This document shows, in pieces, positions 38,015 to 48,043 of a DNA stretch of 64,000 bases (the first letter of the stretch is position 1; the number at the start of each line of letters is the position of its first letter). A program made the translations under genes and the position numbers. Below the pieces are notes generated by a model, which was not told the origin of the DNA, searched no databases, and was given only the letters and a program-made list of their open reading frames with translations. This stretch comes from a virus. Lineage: Duplodnaviria > Heunggongvirae > Uroviricota > Caudoviricetes. The stretch lies in the IMG/VR virus record IMGVR_UViG_3300035210_000190, one strand, 5' to 3'.

Positions 38015-38833
38015 TTAAATCTCCATCATGTCATGAACGATTCGAAGATCTTTAACATCAGTGTATTCAGTCTCATAAATCTGATTATAGCTTCTTAAAA
38101 AGCTTTGCTCTACTGCATCAAATTTAAGATTATCTTTGACAAAAAAGACTGCTCGACACGTACTTTCTTCTTCTTTTGTTTTAGATGAGCGAATTAATAT
38201 CCCCATGTCTGTGACAGCCATATAAATCCAGCCAAACGAAATTTTTATCATTGGGCCATCAGAACTTGTAATCAGATTAGCTGTTATATTCCCAATTGTG
38301 TGTGTTTTAATGGGATCTTCGTATATTGTTCTTAGATAAGAAAACTTTTTAACCAGTGTAGGTTCATCAAACAATAGTTTGTCTGCATACCCTAAATATT
38401 TATAAAAATTTTGCTTTCTGGGCAGAGCTGAGAAGTTCTTTTCGTATAACCAACTTTGGGAAGTTTCTTCAAGTGTATACCTGATTTTAGCATCAATAGA
38501 TTGATGAATGTCTTTATCATCTGTGTATTCATACAGCGAAAAATTATAAGTGATATTCTTAACAGGACCACTACCTTGTTCAAAGATAAATGGATAACTT
38601 TTTTCAAAACCAATGTCGAGACTGCGATCATCCAAGGCAAAATAAATACCTGTTTCATAATCACCGCCATTGATGTTGATCAAGTCATCTGCTAATAAAT
38701 CAAGTAAACGAACCAAATAGGTTTTATAGGCTTCGCTTAAAAATCGACCAACAAATTCCACATCAACATTTTTTAGTCGGCTGATGGCGTAAGTTTCGTT
38801 CAATCTTGTTTGCAGAACCAATGGCTCATTCAT
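38015..38833 (-). CDS. Hypothetical protein, paralog of 37186..38013, ending HDMMEI
   Basis: Tandem paralog, 1-nt gap. Confidence 0.9.
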   Translation of the reverse strand: MNEPLVLQTRLNETYAISRLKNVDVEFVGRFLSEAYKTYLVRLLDLLADDLININGGDYETGIYFALDDRSLDIGFEKSYPFIFEQGSGPVKNITYNFSLYEYTDDKDIHQSIDAKIRYTLEETSQSWLYEKNFSALPRKQNFYKYLGYADKLLFDEPTLVKKFSYLRTIYEDPIKTHTIGNITANLITSSDGPMIKISFGWIYMAVTDMGILIRSSKTKEEESTCRAVFFVKDNLKFDAVEQSFLRSYNQIYETEYTDVKDLRIVHDMMEI

Positions 38834-38978
38834 TATCTTTTTACCACCTATAAAAAACAGTTAGACATTTGTTCAGATTATATCATTTGTTCATTGTTTT
38901 TACCATCTGTTTTTTAGCTTTCGTTTCTACTGTTGTTGTGGTATAATGCAGCTTCAAAACACAGCATTCAGGTGACCT

Positions 38979-39371
38979 ATGCTTAAAACAATGCGAATGA
39001 TAGCCATCCATGTTGCAATGGTTTCAATTATTTTGTCTATTGCGTCTTTTGTCAACTATTACCTGCTGGATGACAGTATGGGAAAAGGTGTGTATGCCGC
39101 TACTCTGGCAGCTTCGCTGTTTCTGCAAGCTGTTCTAGCCGTTAACATGTTTTGCATGTTGGATAATGTGGATATGCCACTGAATGAGGTGGTCGATCTT
39201 AATGCGGCTAACATGTATCTGATTGGCTTCATTCTTGTGAGCATGATAACGCTTGCTATCACGTTTAATGCTAATTTTCTGGTGATGTTTCTTTGCATGG
39301 CGGGCAATGGCATATTGAGCCACCTTCTTTGTAAAAAGGCTAAGGAATTGGCACAGAGCAAGACAAAATAG
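38979..39371 (+). CDS. Four-TM membrane protein
   Basis: Four hydrophobic stretches; own promoter, AGGTG RBS. Confidence 0.75.
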   Translation: MLKTMRMIAIHVAMVSIILSIASFVNYYLLDDSMGKGVYAATLAASLFLQAVLAVNMFCMLDNVDMPLNEVVDLNAANMYLIGFILVSMITLAITFNANFLVMFLCMAGNGILSHLLCKKAKELAQSKTK

Positions 39372-39450
39372 CAGTATTAAAATGTTAAATTGGTTTACAA
39401 AAGCCTTGATTTTTGGTATAATTAAACCATCTTAAAAGGGTGTAATCGTT

Positions 39451-40176
39451 ATGTCTAAAATCAACAGTAGCAAAAGTAATGGCACATTGTTTGAGCAAAT
39501 CGGCTTGGCGTTCATCGCTACTGCCGGTCAGCCTTACTTTGCCAATAACGGCTACATCGCCACCTCCGACGCAGACATTGCCCGTTGGGTTGAGAACGAC
39601 TATGACCTTTTCACCAAATATCTTAAACCAGATGGCTTTCGTCGTGGTTGGGGTGTTCAAGGTAAAATTCATATCGGCAACATTCGTATTGACCCAGACT
39701 TCTTTGATATGGAGACAGGTAGCCTTTACGAATTCAAATATCAGGAAAGCAGTGGTTCGATGATTGAAAAGCTTTACAAAAACTTTTTGACCTATCAAGC
39801 CATTAAAGATCCTTCGTTCATTGTCCATCATGGCGTTGGTTTCAGCGAACGGTTCTTTTCTTGCTTGAATGAACATCGCCAGTTCATGAAACACCCTGAC
39901 TTGACCCAGTTCATTACGTTTAATCAGTTTGTTCAAGAAAAACTTGGTTTGTCGATTGATGTGAGTGAATCGCATATGTCGATTGCTACCGATAAGACTG
40001 CAACAGCGGCTGTTCGTCGCAAACATGTTAAGTTAAAGGATTACGTTGAACGTGTTGTTTACGACACAAAAAGCAACAAGGAAATTGCTCGCTTTAAAAC
40101 ACTGCAACTGCTTGAAGACGCATCGAATGATGGCTTCAAGGATGACAATTTCTTTAAAAAATGCTCTTTCAACTAA
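39451..40176 (+). CDS. PD-(D/E)XK-fold nuclease-like protein
   Basis: IDPDFF..GSLYEFKYQ.SSGS..EKL matches a PD..ExK arrangement; possible small DNA-binding tail. Confidence 0.6.
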   Translation: MSKINSSKSNGTLFEQIGLAFIATAGQPYFANNGYIATSDADIARWVENDYDLFTKYLKPDGFRRGWGVQGKIHIGNIRIDPDFFDMETGSLYEFKYQESSGSMIEKLYKNFLTYQAIKDPSFIVHHGVGFSERFFSCLNEHRQFMKHPDLTQFITFNQFVQEKLGLSIDVSESHMSIATDKTATAAVRRKHVKLKDYVERVVYDTKSNKEIARFKTLQLLEDASNDGFKDDNFFKKCSFN

Positions 40177-40189
40177 TTAGGAACTTTTT

Positions 40190-40480
40190 ATGACTGCCTT
40201 ACAAACTGCTGAATTGATTGAATCACCGTTTATGAAAGTGAACAAAGGTCTGGAAATTGTGGGTAATTGGCCTAAGCATATTCGTGCATTGGCTGATGGC
40301 ACTGTGCAAGAAGAACTTCGCTGTGCTTGCTTCTATTACATTCACAAGAAAACACCTAAGCTGCAGTCTGAAATCATGACTGATGATATTACAGCCGGTG
40401 TTATAAATGTTGTTCATATCATTCAAGCATTGGTTAATGAAATTACAGGTACCACTCAGCATACAATTGTGGTAGAATAA
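40190..40480 (+). CDS. Hypothetical protein
   Basis: AGGA RBS, co-oriented. Confidence 0.7.
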   Translation: MTALQTAELIESPFMKVNKGLEIVGNWPKHIRALADGTVQEELRCACFYYIHKKTPKLQSEIMTDDITAGVINVVHIIQALVNEITGTTQHTIVVE

Positions 40481-40512
40481 CCTATCTTAAACAAACCAGC
40501 GAGATTAAAAAA

Positions 40513-40896
40513 ATGGAACTCACTTTGAAAGCCATTCAAATTGCAAAAGAAGCACATGAGTCTGTTGTCACTGCACAGAAGACTTACAAAAGAACTCAAG
40601 GGCTTATTCGTGAAGCTATCTCCGCTGAATACCCGCTCAGTTCTTTGGTTGGTAAAGACTACATTTATACGCGAGCTATGTGGGGCACACCCAACAAAGG
40701 CGTTACTGATGCTGACTACCTTAAACAACACGAGCATATGCAAGCTTACAAGCTTGAGTTCGGTGATAATCCAGAAAGCCATTTAGGTTTTGAACCGGGA
40801 GCCATTTATGCTTGTTATGTGTGTCTGGAACATGATTCGAGCTGGAACGATGAACATCCAGAATTTTGGGAACTCTTGTTCGTCAAAGTAAACTAA
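40513..40896 (+). CDS. Hypothetical protein
   Basis: 127 aa; terminator AAGGCATCC-TTCA-GGGTGCCTT follows. Confidence 0.8.
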   Translation: MELTLKAIQIAKEAHESVVTAQKTYKRTQGLIREAISAEYPLSSLVGKDYIYTRAMWGTPNKGVTDADYLKQHEHMQAYKLEFGDNPESHLGFEPGAIYACYVCLEHDSSWNDEHPEFWELLFVKVN

Positions 40897-41001
40897 CACT
40901 GACACATCTTATAAGGCATCCTTCAGGGTGCCTTTTTTATTGATGGTATAAATTTTTTAATTGTGGTATAATAGTCCATCTTAACGAAAAGAGTATTTGC
41001 C

Positions 41002-41517
41002 ATGCATAATGACAGCACGCTCATGTATTGCTTATTGCTACTTGCTGTGTTTGCTTTTGTGATTTACCACGTAGGCATGCATAAAATTAATAACGAATTC
41101 AAGAATCCTCCCGATACAGGTGATTGGGTCAATTTCTTTGATGAATACAAAGACATGATGTCTTCTGTTGTTCAAGGGCCACTTCAGTATGCTGATAGCT
41201 GGCTTGGCCGACACGTCATTTATAAATACCTCGATGACAAAGCAACCGTTAATGGTCGTAAAATTGATTGTTGTTCAGTTAAAATCAAGTTTATGTTGAA
41301 AACCTATAAAGATGGTCGCCGTGAAATCCATGCTGACACTGAAAGTCATTATGGAAAACCTGAGTTTTACAATGGTGAAATGCATGAGAATTATGATGTC
41401 GGTGGTAAAAGCTTTGTCGCTGATGTGAACAATTTCCAGCAGATGTGGAAAGAAATCCTTGAATATCACTTTTCTGTTAAGCTGGATGGGAAGACTGACA
41501 AAATCAAGATGGTTTAA
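41002..41517 (+). CDS. N-terminally anchored membrane protein
   Basis: Single hydrophobic N-terminal segment; own promoter and terminator. Confidence 0.8.
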   Translation: MHNDSTLMYCLLLLAVFAFVIYHVGMHKINNEFKNPPDTGDWVNFFDEYKDMMSSVVQGPLQYADSWLGRHVIYKYLDDKATVNGRKIDCCSVKIKFMLKTYKDGRREIHADTESHYGKPEFYNGEMHENYDVGGKSFVADVNNFQQMWKEILEYHFSVKLDGKTDKIKMV

Positions 41518-41604
41518 ACCGATCATTTGAAAGCATCCTTCGGGATGTTTTTTTTGCTTATTTTTTTATGATGTGTTATTATCAGGCATTATTGGAGAAA
41601 TCAT

Positions 41605-41826
41605 ATGTCAGTATTAACGTTACGAGTGGTTAAAGGTGGCTCAATCGGTTCAATAGATACATTCAAAGTTCAACAGAAGAAGTTTATTTTCTGGGTAGAT
41701 TATAAAGAGGCGGGTGTTGTTCGCACATTCGACAGTCTCGTTTTGGCGAATATGTATGCTCAATTAAAAGCCCGGTCAATGAAAGGTAAGTTTATTGATA
41801 GTAAAATAAAAAGTAATGTGGTATAA
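41605..41826 (+). CDS. Hypothetical protein
   Basis: GGAG RBS. Confidence 0.7.
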   Translation: MSVLTLRVVKGGSIGSIDTFKVQQKKFIFWVDYKEAGVVRTFDSLVLANMYAQLKARSMKGKFIDSKIKSNVV

Positions 41827-41853
41827 TAGGCCATTATTTACGGAGCCAGAGAC

Positions 41854-42351
41854 ATGAAATACATCAAAATTAAAGACACTGTTGTTCTTTTTGACGAAGT
41901 GACCAATCACGGTTTTATGGCTCGCTTGTTGGGCGATGAAGAAGATGTTCAGTCAGCCGGTTTTGTTAAAATGTTCCCTACTTCGGGCAATGCCATCCGT
42001 CTCAGTGTGGGTGGGCGAAGCAATACCTTGAAAATCGACTCAAATCCTGCTGACAAAGCCATTGTTGAAGAACACTTTAAAATGTCGGTAGACAGCCCTG
42101 TCAACTTTATAAGCACAGAAGACACGTTCATTCTTTTTCCAATGAATGCACCATTTGATGTGGTTGATGCCATGAAGAACATCTGGCCCGGTTCTGTATT
42201 TGTTCATGGGCAACTGTCTTTTGAAACCGTTGAAAGTGATGACTTCCGTTATCAATCGGGCTACAAGGCTGTTCCAAAGTTTTCGAATGTCGTAGGCACT
42301 GTCAGCAATGACCTGATGTTTACTATTGATTTCAATATTCGGGCCGATTGA
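41854..42351 (+). CDS. Hypothetical protein
   Basis: GGTATAAT promoter, GGAG RBS. Confidence 0.8.
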   Translation: MKYIKIKDTVVLFDEVTNHGFMARLLGDEEDVQSAGFVKMFPTSGNAIRLSVGGRSNTLKIDSNPADKAIVEEHFKMSVDSPVNFISTEDTFILFPMNAPFDVVDAMKNIWPGSVFVHGQLSFETVESDDFRYQSGYKAVPKFSNVVGTVSNDLMFTIDFNIRAD

Positions 42352-42424
42352 TCGGCCTTTTTCTATACATCCATCTCAGTTCATGGTATAATTGAGCCAT
42401 CTTAAATAACATAGGTATTTCTAT

Positions 42425-42700
42425 ATGGCGTTTCTCAATGTTATCCAGCGAATTGAATTTAAAACGATTCAAGACTTTCTTAAATCGGAACCGTTTCATG
42501 TTCGTCCTAAACATGAACATGGTGAAATTGTTCTTGTTATGTATTATGAAGATGCTTATAAAGATCTCATTGAAGTAGGTCGAATCAACAAACCAGTAGA
42601 CTTCTTTTCTACTGAAAATTTTGGCAATAAATCAATTGAGGATTGGGTTGAATCTCATGTTGATGAGGTTATTCCATCGGGCATTTTCAAAAATAATTAA
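42425..42700 (+). CDS. Hypothetical protein
   Basis: Own promoter; terminator AACCAGC-TTCG-GCTGGTT. Confidence 0.75.
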   Translation: MAFLNVIQRIEFKTIQDFLKSEPFHVRPKHEHGEIVLVMYYEDAYKDLIEVGRINKPVDFFSTENFGNKSIEDWVESHVDEVIPSGIFKNN

Positions 42701-42901
42701 AAAAAATATAAGTTTCCACCTTACATCAACCAGCTTCGGCTGGTTTTTTACTGGTCAAAGAAAAAGTTTTGGTTTTGCCTATCACTTTAAATAAAATTAA
42801 TCACCTCATTTTTGCTTACAAATGCTTTTTGAGAACGATTACCATTATTGACAAATACAAATGTTATGATAGTATATGACCAACAAACAGAGGGTATGTC
42901 T

Positions 42902-43255
42902 ATGAAAAATAACAATTTATTAATCGCTGCAGTTTTACCAATTGTTTATGGTGCTTACAAGTATTACACTGACAAAGACTTTAAAGCTAAAGTAACAACC
43001 AATTTAGATAAGCTTTGTAATTCAGTTGATAATGGGGCACAGAAGTTAAAAAGACGTGTAGGTCACGCAGAAATAGAGCTTAAATCATTTTTCAATGACG
43101 CCTATGATGAATTAAAGCTTACAGATGAACAAATCGAAGACATTCACGAGGTCTTGAACAATAAAACTTCTGGTCTTGTGAATCGTGTCAAAAAGCTTCT
43201 TAACGAAGAGCAGAGAAAAATTTATGAATCTTCATTACACACATTGAAAAAGTGA
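42902..43255 (+). CDS. Small membrane-anchored coiled-coil protein
   Basis: GAGGG RBS; hydrophobic N-terminus then charged helices. Confidence 0.7.
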   Translation: MKNNNLLIAAVLPIVYGAYKYYTDKDFKAKVTTNLDKLCNSVDNGAQKLKRRVGHAEIELKSFFNDAYDELKLTDEQIEDIHEVLNNKTSGLVNRVKKLLNEEQRKIYESSLHTLKK

Positions 43256-43367
43256 ATATTCATATATAACAGAGGTCGTAATAACCTTTTGAACGGCTGT
43301 TCATAAACGATTGTATCCATCTACAATTGATTACAAAAAATAAACTTTCCTTTGGAGGCAAAATTCT

Positions 43368-43511
43368 ATGAATACACAACAGAATCAATCTCAAAACAAA
43401 AATGAACAAGGTAAGCAAAATCTGAAACAACCGCAGCAACAAACTGGCACCAAGCAAACACAGGCAAAACCTGCCGAGAAGGCACAAAGTCCTACTCAAA
43501 AACACAAGTAG
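43368..43511 (+). CDS. 47-aa Gln/Lys/Thr-rich disordered protein MNTQQNQSQNKNEQGKQ...PTQKHK
   Basis: GGAGG RBS; read manually, below the ORF-track cutoff. Confidence 0.6.
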   Translation: MNTQQNQSQNKNEQGKQNLKQPQQQTGTKQTQAKPAEKAQSPTQKHK

Positions 43512-43857
43512 GACATAAATAAGCGTTAACCCTATGACCTTCGGGCCACATTGACAGCCTAACAATGATTAGGCATTGCAATAAAATACTATTTGAAATT
43601 TCAAATACATAAAAACCCATTAATTTGGGTTTTTGTGTATTTGCGTATCAACAATCTGAATTCGAACATTTTTATACTTGTATTTAAAAAATTATTTTTG
43701 ATTATAATTTTTATATTACTTGATAAATAAATTTAAAAATTTTAATTATTAATCTTTTAACAATAGTGTTTAATGATAATTTTTTTTATTACTATATATA
43801 TTAATAATATTATGTGTGGTATTATAATATTAATACAACAACAATTAATATAAAGAT

Positions 43858-44991
43858 ATGAAAAAAACAATAATACTTTCATTATCAGTCTTAGCAGTGA
43901 GTATTTCACAAGCGGCGTATATGGTAAAAGTTAACTTGGGTGATGAAGTCACCTTTTATCAGTGGACGGCTGAACAACCAATTTTAGGGCCGTGGGTTGA
44001 TACTGGACCCGTTTATGACTGCTCAAATTGGACACCAGACCCTTCAACTATTACTGTTAACATGCCTTTCACACAAACAGCAACTGATTGTAAACAGAAT
44101 CAAGAACAAACGGCTCAAGATAGGGAAGTTGATTCTGTTTCAGGTACTGTGCGTGATAGTGGCGATCCTTATGTCAATACTCAATATATTACAGTAGGCA
44201 ATACTCGTGCTGCAGTGGGCTTATTAGAATCGTGGGTTGCTGCATTACCTGAATTTACATCATGGGTTAATAATGGCGGCGTTACTAATTGTACAAATTG
44301 GTCACCAGCCACTTCAACAGTGACTATTAATCAAGATTTCACTCAAACGGCGACTGACTGTACACAAGCTCAAACTCGTTCCAAACAAGATCGTGAACAA
44401 GAAACAACGACTGGTTCTTTTAGAAATGTTGGTCCATCCGTAATTGAGTCACAAAACCTTGTGGCATCTTCTACTCGATTAGCGAAAGGAACAAAAGAAA
44501 CATGGGTATCCATTCCATCCACGTATACAGCTTGGGTTAATAATGGTGCTCTTAACAGTTGTTCTAACTGGTCGCCAGCAACATCCACTGTCCCTAATGG
44601 TCAAGGATTTACTCAGACGGCTACAGATTGTAAACAGCCACAAACTCGTTCTAGACAAGATCTTGAACAAGAGACAACAACGAACGTTACCAGAAATAAA
44701 GGTGTTGCTGTTACTGAGAACCAAAACATTACCACAACATCTACTAGAGCCGCTACTGGTACTAAAGTAATGACTGATTGTCGTTTTAATGAAGTAACAG
44801 ACAATGTAACGAGTTATGGCTCTATTGCTAGCTACTCATTCACATGGAATGGCGAGTATTTTTGGATGGGCGATGGTTCTCCAGTGTTAAATTATAATGG
44901 TTATAGATATACTATTTCATCCTTTGTAAAAACTGTATATTCTACTTATCTTCAAACTCATTACTATACTATATGTAGAACACCTCTATAA
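43858..44991 (+). CDS. Secreted protein with three 90-aa Cys/Trp repeats and a C-terminal aromatic-rich domain
   Basis: Signal peptide ending SQA|AYMVKVNL; Trp codons at 43963, 44233 and 44503 give an exact 270-nt period. Confidence 0.9.
   Translation: MKKTIILSLSVLAVSISQAAYMVKVNLGDEVTFYQWTAEQPILGPWVDTGPVYDCSNWTPDPSTITVNMPFTQTATDCKQNQEQTAQDREVDSVSGTVRDSGDPYVNTQYITVGNTRAAVGLLESWVAALPEFTSWVNNGGVTNCTNWSPATSTVTINQDFTQTATDCTQAQTRSKQDREQETTTGSFRNVGPSVIESQNLVASSTRLAKGTKETWVSIPSTYTAWVNNGALNSCSNWSPATSTVPNGQGFTQTATDCKQPQTRSRQDLEQETTTNVTRNKGVAVTENQNITTTSTRAATGTKVMTDCRFNEVTDNVTSYGSIASYSFTWNGEYFWMGDGSPVLNYNGYRYTISSFVKTVYSTYLQTHYYTICRTPL
43963..44772 (+). repeat. Three tandem 270-nt coding repeats
   Basis: W......WV..G....C.NW.P..ST......FTQTATDC.Q.Q....QD.E unit repeated three times. 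Confidence 0.9.
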
Positions 44992-45304
44992 TTGAACTAA
45001 AAAGAAACAAAGCCCGAGAGGGCTTTTTCTTTGTTTTTAACTATATTTTATGATGTTATATAAAACGGATTCTTAGTAATAACGATACATATACAAGAAC
45101 GGATTAATACACACAAAAAAGTGCCTAAAAAAACACGTTCATTATTTTTCGTATAACTCTAATATTAATATTTACTTAATTTAAGTTGTTATTTATAAAA
45201 AAAAATAAAACAATAAAAATATTCAAGAAAGAAGAAAAAATCATTGTGAAAACAGTGATTTTTGTGTATAATAGGCCATCATAATTTAAGATTGGTGACT
45301 AATC

Positions 45305-46015
45305 ATGCGTAACTCAACTGTTTACTTGAATATTCCCATGCAAGCTCGTTGGGCTTGGCTGGAAGCTGAAAAAGCAGAATACAATGACTTGATGAAGCAA
45401 CCGGGCAAGGCTTACCATGACCACATCTATAACACCATTCAGAACGACTTTTCCAATAAGCTGAAAGTATCGAACGTGGCTGTTCTGATTCGTCTTGTTA
45501 AATCTCTCTCTACCACCACTTTCCGTAAAGATTCACCTGATGACTGGTCGATTGCTTTTACTGAAATTCATCGGGCGATTAAAAGGTTCTCGCTGACCAA
45601 AGATGAAATTACTGAACTCTCTCAGTATATTGAAGTCCCACGCACCATTGAAAAAGACTTTTTTGCGACTGAATGGCGAGTGGTAACTGGTGTTTCTTCG
45701 GGGCTGCAAACTGATGTTTTGGGCCGTGAAAAAAGTTTTATCTTTCTAGATATGGACGCAGAAACGAACCGAAAAAGAGCACCCACAGCTTCATGCTTAA
45801 AGCTCTGGGAAGGTTTTCCAGATGCTAATGGAGATCTTCCGGGTGTTAAGCCTGCTTTGGCAGATGCGTTGGCAATGGCCGCTTCAAAAGACATGTATCA
45901 AGCTCTTGTAGCAGTAATGAATTCAGGTGTAAAACTGCCTGATGACGTTCAAGAGCAACTGGGTAAAGCGTTTGATAAGGCCAATGGCGATTATTTCTAC
46001 AAAACAACGAATTAA
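45305..46015 (+). CDS. Hypothetical protein
   Basis: GTGTATAAT promoter; 236 aa; host-like codon usage. Confidence 0.85.
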   Translation: MRNSTVYLNIPMQARWAWLEAEKAEYNDLMKQPGKAYHDHIYNTIQNDFSNKLKVSNVAVLIRLVKSLSTTTFRKDSPDDWSIAFTEIHRAIKRFSLTKDEITELSQYIEVPRTIEKDFFATEWRVVTGVSSGLQTDVLGREKSFIFLDMDAETNRKRAPTASCLKLWEGFPDANGDLPGVKPALADALAMAASKDMYQALVAVMNSGVKLPDDVQEQLGKAFDKANGDYFYKTTN

Positions 46016-46028
46016 TTGAAAAAAGTGC

Positions 46029-46273
46029 TTTACACAAAACCCAATTTTCGATATACTCATCCCACACAAACAGAAAGCAACGGAGAAACACCATGACACA
46101 AGCAGCACTGACCAAAGAACAAGAAATCGAACAAGCCTACGCTCAACTGCAGGCTCAAGAAAAACAAGCCAAAGAAGCAGCTTGGCGTCAAGCTGACAAA
46201 GAACTGGAACATCAGAAACCATCGTCGGTTTAAACTGACCACAAAATAAAAGCGGCCTTCGGGTCGCTTTTTT
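46029..46273 (+). repeat. Promoter-microprotein-terminator cassette, copy 1
   Basis: TTTACA-17-TATACT, CACACAAACAG leader, CGGAGAAACACCATG, TTCG terminator; homologous to 48790..49032 and 52225..52468. Confidence 0.9.
46093..46233 (+). CDS. 46-aa helical microprotein MTQAALTKEQEIEQAYAQLQAQEKQAKEAAWRQADKELEHQKPSSV
   Basis: GGAG RBS; conserved in three copies with mostly synonymous or conservative changes. Confidence 0.9.
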   Translation: MTQAALTKEQEIEQAYAQLQAQEKQAKEAAWRQADKELEHQKPSSV

Positions 46274-46328
46274 CATTTCTTTATTTTATTTATTTGATAT
46301 ACTATAATTAATTAACATTCAATCTTAT

Positions 46329-47216
46329 ATGAAAATAGTTCATAATAAAAATACAAAAGTTACGGAAAATGTCGATAAAATAAAATATGAGCATGAACTC
46401 ACCACATTGGAAAAATATGTAGAAATAACAGCAGAACTATCATCTATTGAAAATAAAAAAGAATTACTTACTTCTTGGCTTATTGTTTCATCCGCTATTT
46501 TAGGTGGAATGGTTTTTATAAATATTCTTTTAGCTTTTCTTACTAATAATAATTCGCTAGTGCTGGAAACATCTCTCTTGATTTATGGCTGTTTTTGTAT
46601 TCTGGCTTATACAGCTAAAGATTTCTTGTATCTTCTATTAGTTTTAAATATTACAAAATCAAGTCTAACAATGAAAGATAAATTGAATAAGATTGAAAAT
46701 CATCACCTTGTTTCTGGTCGATATTTGATTTTAACAAAAATTATTATTTTTATTTTAAGTTCACTATTATTATTTAGTTTTGTGGCTTATTTTACAACTT
46801 ATCTTACTCATCCACTATTATTATCTTTATTTATTTATTTATTATTACTTACGGTTATTAATGTTGTTAGAAAAAATATTCATTTTATTTTTCACGTCTC
46901 TTTTGCTGTTCTTATAGCTTTATTATGCGTTTATAATATGTTTTTACTCGCAGATCTAAGGCATGAAGAAGAAAATCAATATAATGAATCTCAAAATCAG
47001 TCTGATTTCGAAAACGATGATGAGAGTGTTCAAGAGATTATTGATAATGGGATGTCTGAAATCATGCAAGAAAGAGAGCGTATAAATGATTTGGTATATA
47101 AACCTGATCAACCAGAACCAGAACCAGAACCAAAAATAAAGATAGATGATACGATACAACGTGGACCTGTTGACCCTAATGAAAAGATTGATTTTGAGCA
47201 GTACATTAAAAAATAA
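46329..47216 (+). CDS. Multi-pass membrane protein with acidic Pro-Glu tail
   Basis: Several hydrophobic segments; PDQPEPEPEPK; AT-rich; terminator follows. Confidence 0.8.
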   Translation: MKIVHNKNTKVTENVDKIKYEHELTTLEKYVEITAELSSIENKKELLTSWLIVSSAILGGMVFINILLAFLTNNNSLVLETSLLIYGCFCILAYTAKDFLYLLLVLNITKSSLTMKDKLNKIENHHLVSGRYLILTKIIIFILSSLLLFSFVAYFTTYLTHPLLLSLFIYLLLLTVINVVRKNIHFIFHVSFAVLIALLCVYNMFLLADLRHEEENQYNESQNQSDFENDDESVQEIIDNGMSEIMQERERINDLVYKPDQPEPEPEPKIKIDDTIQRGPVDPNEKIDFEQYIKK

Positions 47217-47307
47217 AAACAAAATAAACATAAAGACCTTCGGGTCTTTTTTTCTTGCTTAAAATCTGTGGATTTGGTATAATAGTGTTCTAATTCAGGA
47301 GATTGTT

Positions 47308-48042
47308 ATGATTATCGACCCAGTTGTTAAAAGTGATTATTCCGACAATCTGTTGAAAATGTCGTACACGTTTTCGATGGAGGGCCATTCCTCGGTCATT
47401 TCCTTGCGTGAAGGTGATTTGATAGCCTTCATGAAGAAATACACACCAGAAATTGATGTGGATGCTTATCAGTCCGCTTCCTTGAAAAAAATGATCAATG
47501 ATCAGCGTTATCATCTGCAGGTGAAAATTCGCTACATGCTGGATAAGGTGATGGAACCTGTGTTTTGTGTCTCTCTTTACGACATGTCATTTTCTGATGA
47601 TGATTTTTACTCGGTTGATGGGTTTAAAGATTTCGTAGAAGCGAACGCATTTCCAGAATTCTTTGAAATGGCTGAAAGTATTGTTGACACCCTTTACAAA
47701 GATGGTGCTCACTACATCACCCGCCATATTGATTTTAAAGACCGCTTCTGGTCGTTTGAGACTGGTGCCGTGGTCGAGACTGAATACCACTCGTTTATGT
47801 TGAAAGAAAAGGCTATTGAAGCGATTGCTGCTCACATTCGTCAAGATGTTGAATTGAATGGTGAAGCAACCTTGCAGAAAGCTGAGAAATCCGCACAAGT
47901 GGATTACATGCCAATGTCGTTTGATAGCTTTAAAATTCAGTGGCCGATGGATTTAGAGCTTTTAAAACAAAGCGATTTGAGTTATACTACACTCAGTAAA
48001 TTTCTTCATAAATACAATCTTCCAAAAAAACGAGAGGACTAA
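47308..48042 (+). CDS. Hypothetical protein, paralog of 48044..48784
   Basis: V..L..GDLI.FM....PEID, F...LYD.SF and Q..K.FE patterns shared. Confidence 0.85.
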   Translation: MIIDPVVKSDYSDNLLKMSYTFSMEGHSSVISLREGDLIAFMKKYTPEIDVDAYQSASLKKMINDQRYHLQVKIRYMLDKVMEPVFCVSLYDMSFSDDDFYSVDGFKDFVEANAFPEFFEMAESIVDTLYKDGAHYITRHIDFKDRFWSFETGAVVETEYHSFMLKEKAIEAIAAHIRQDVELNGEATLQKAEKSAQVDYMPMSFDSFKIQWPMDLELLKQSDLSYTTLSKFLHKYNLPKKRED

Positions 48043-48043
48043 C

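Noticed and set aside
43260-43565. 101-aa Leu/Cys-rich minus-strand ORF
   Set aside because: Antisense shadow of the Gln-rich + strand ORF 43368..43511
45846-46276. Hydrophobic minus-strand ORFs (45846..46115, 45923..46276, also 52243..52425)
   Set aside because: Antisense shadows of the Gln/Glu/Lys-rich microprotein cassettes, which have the promoter, RBS and paralog support
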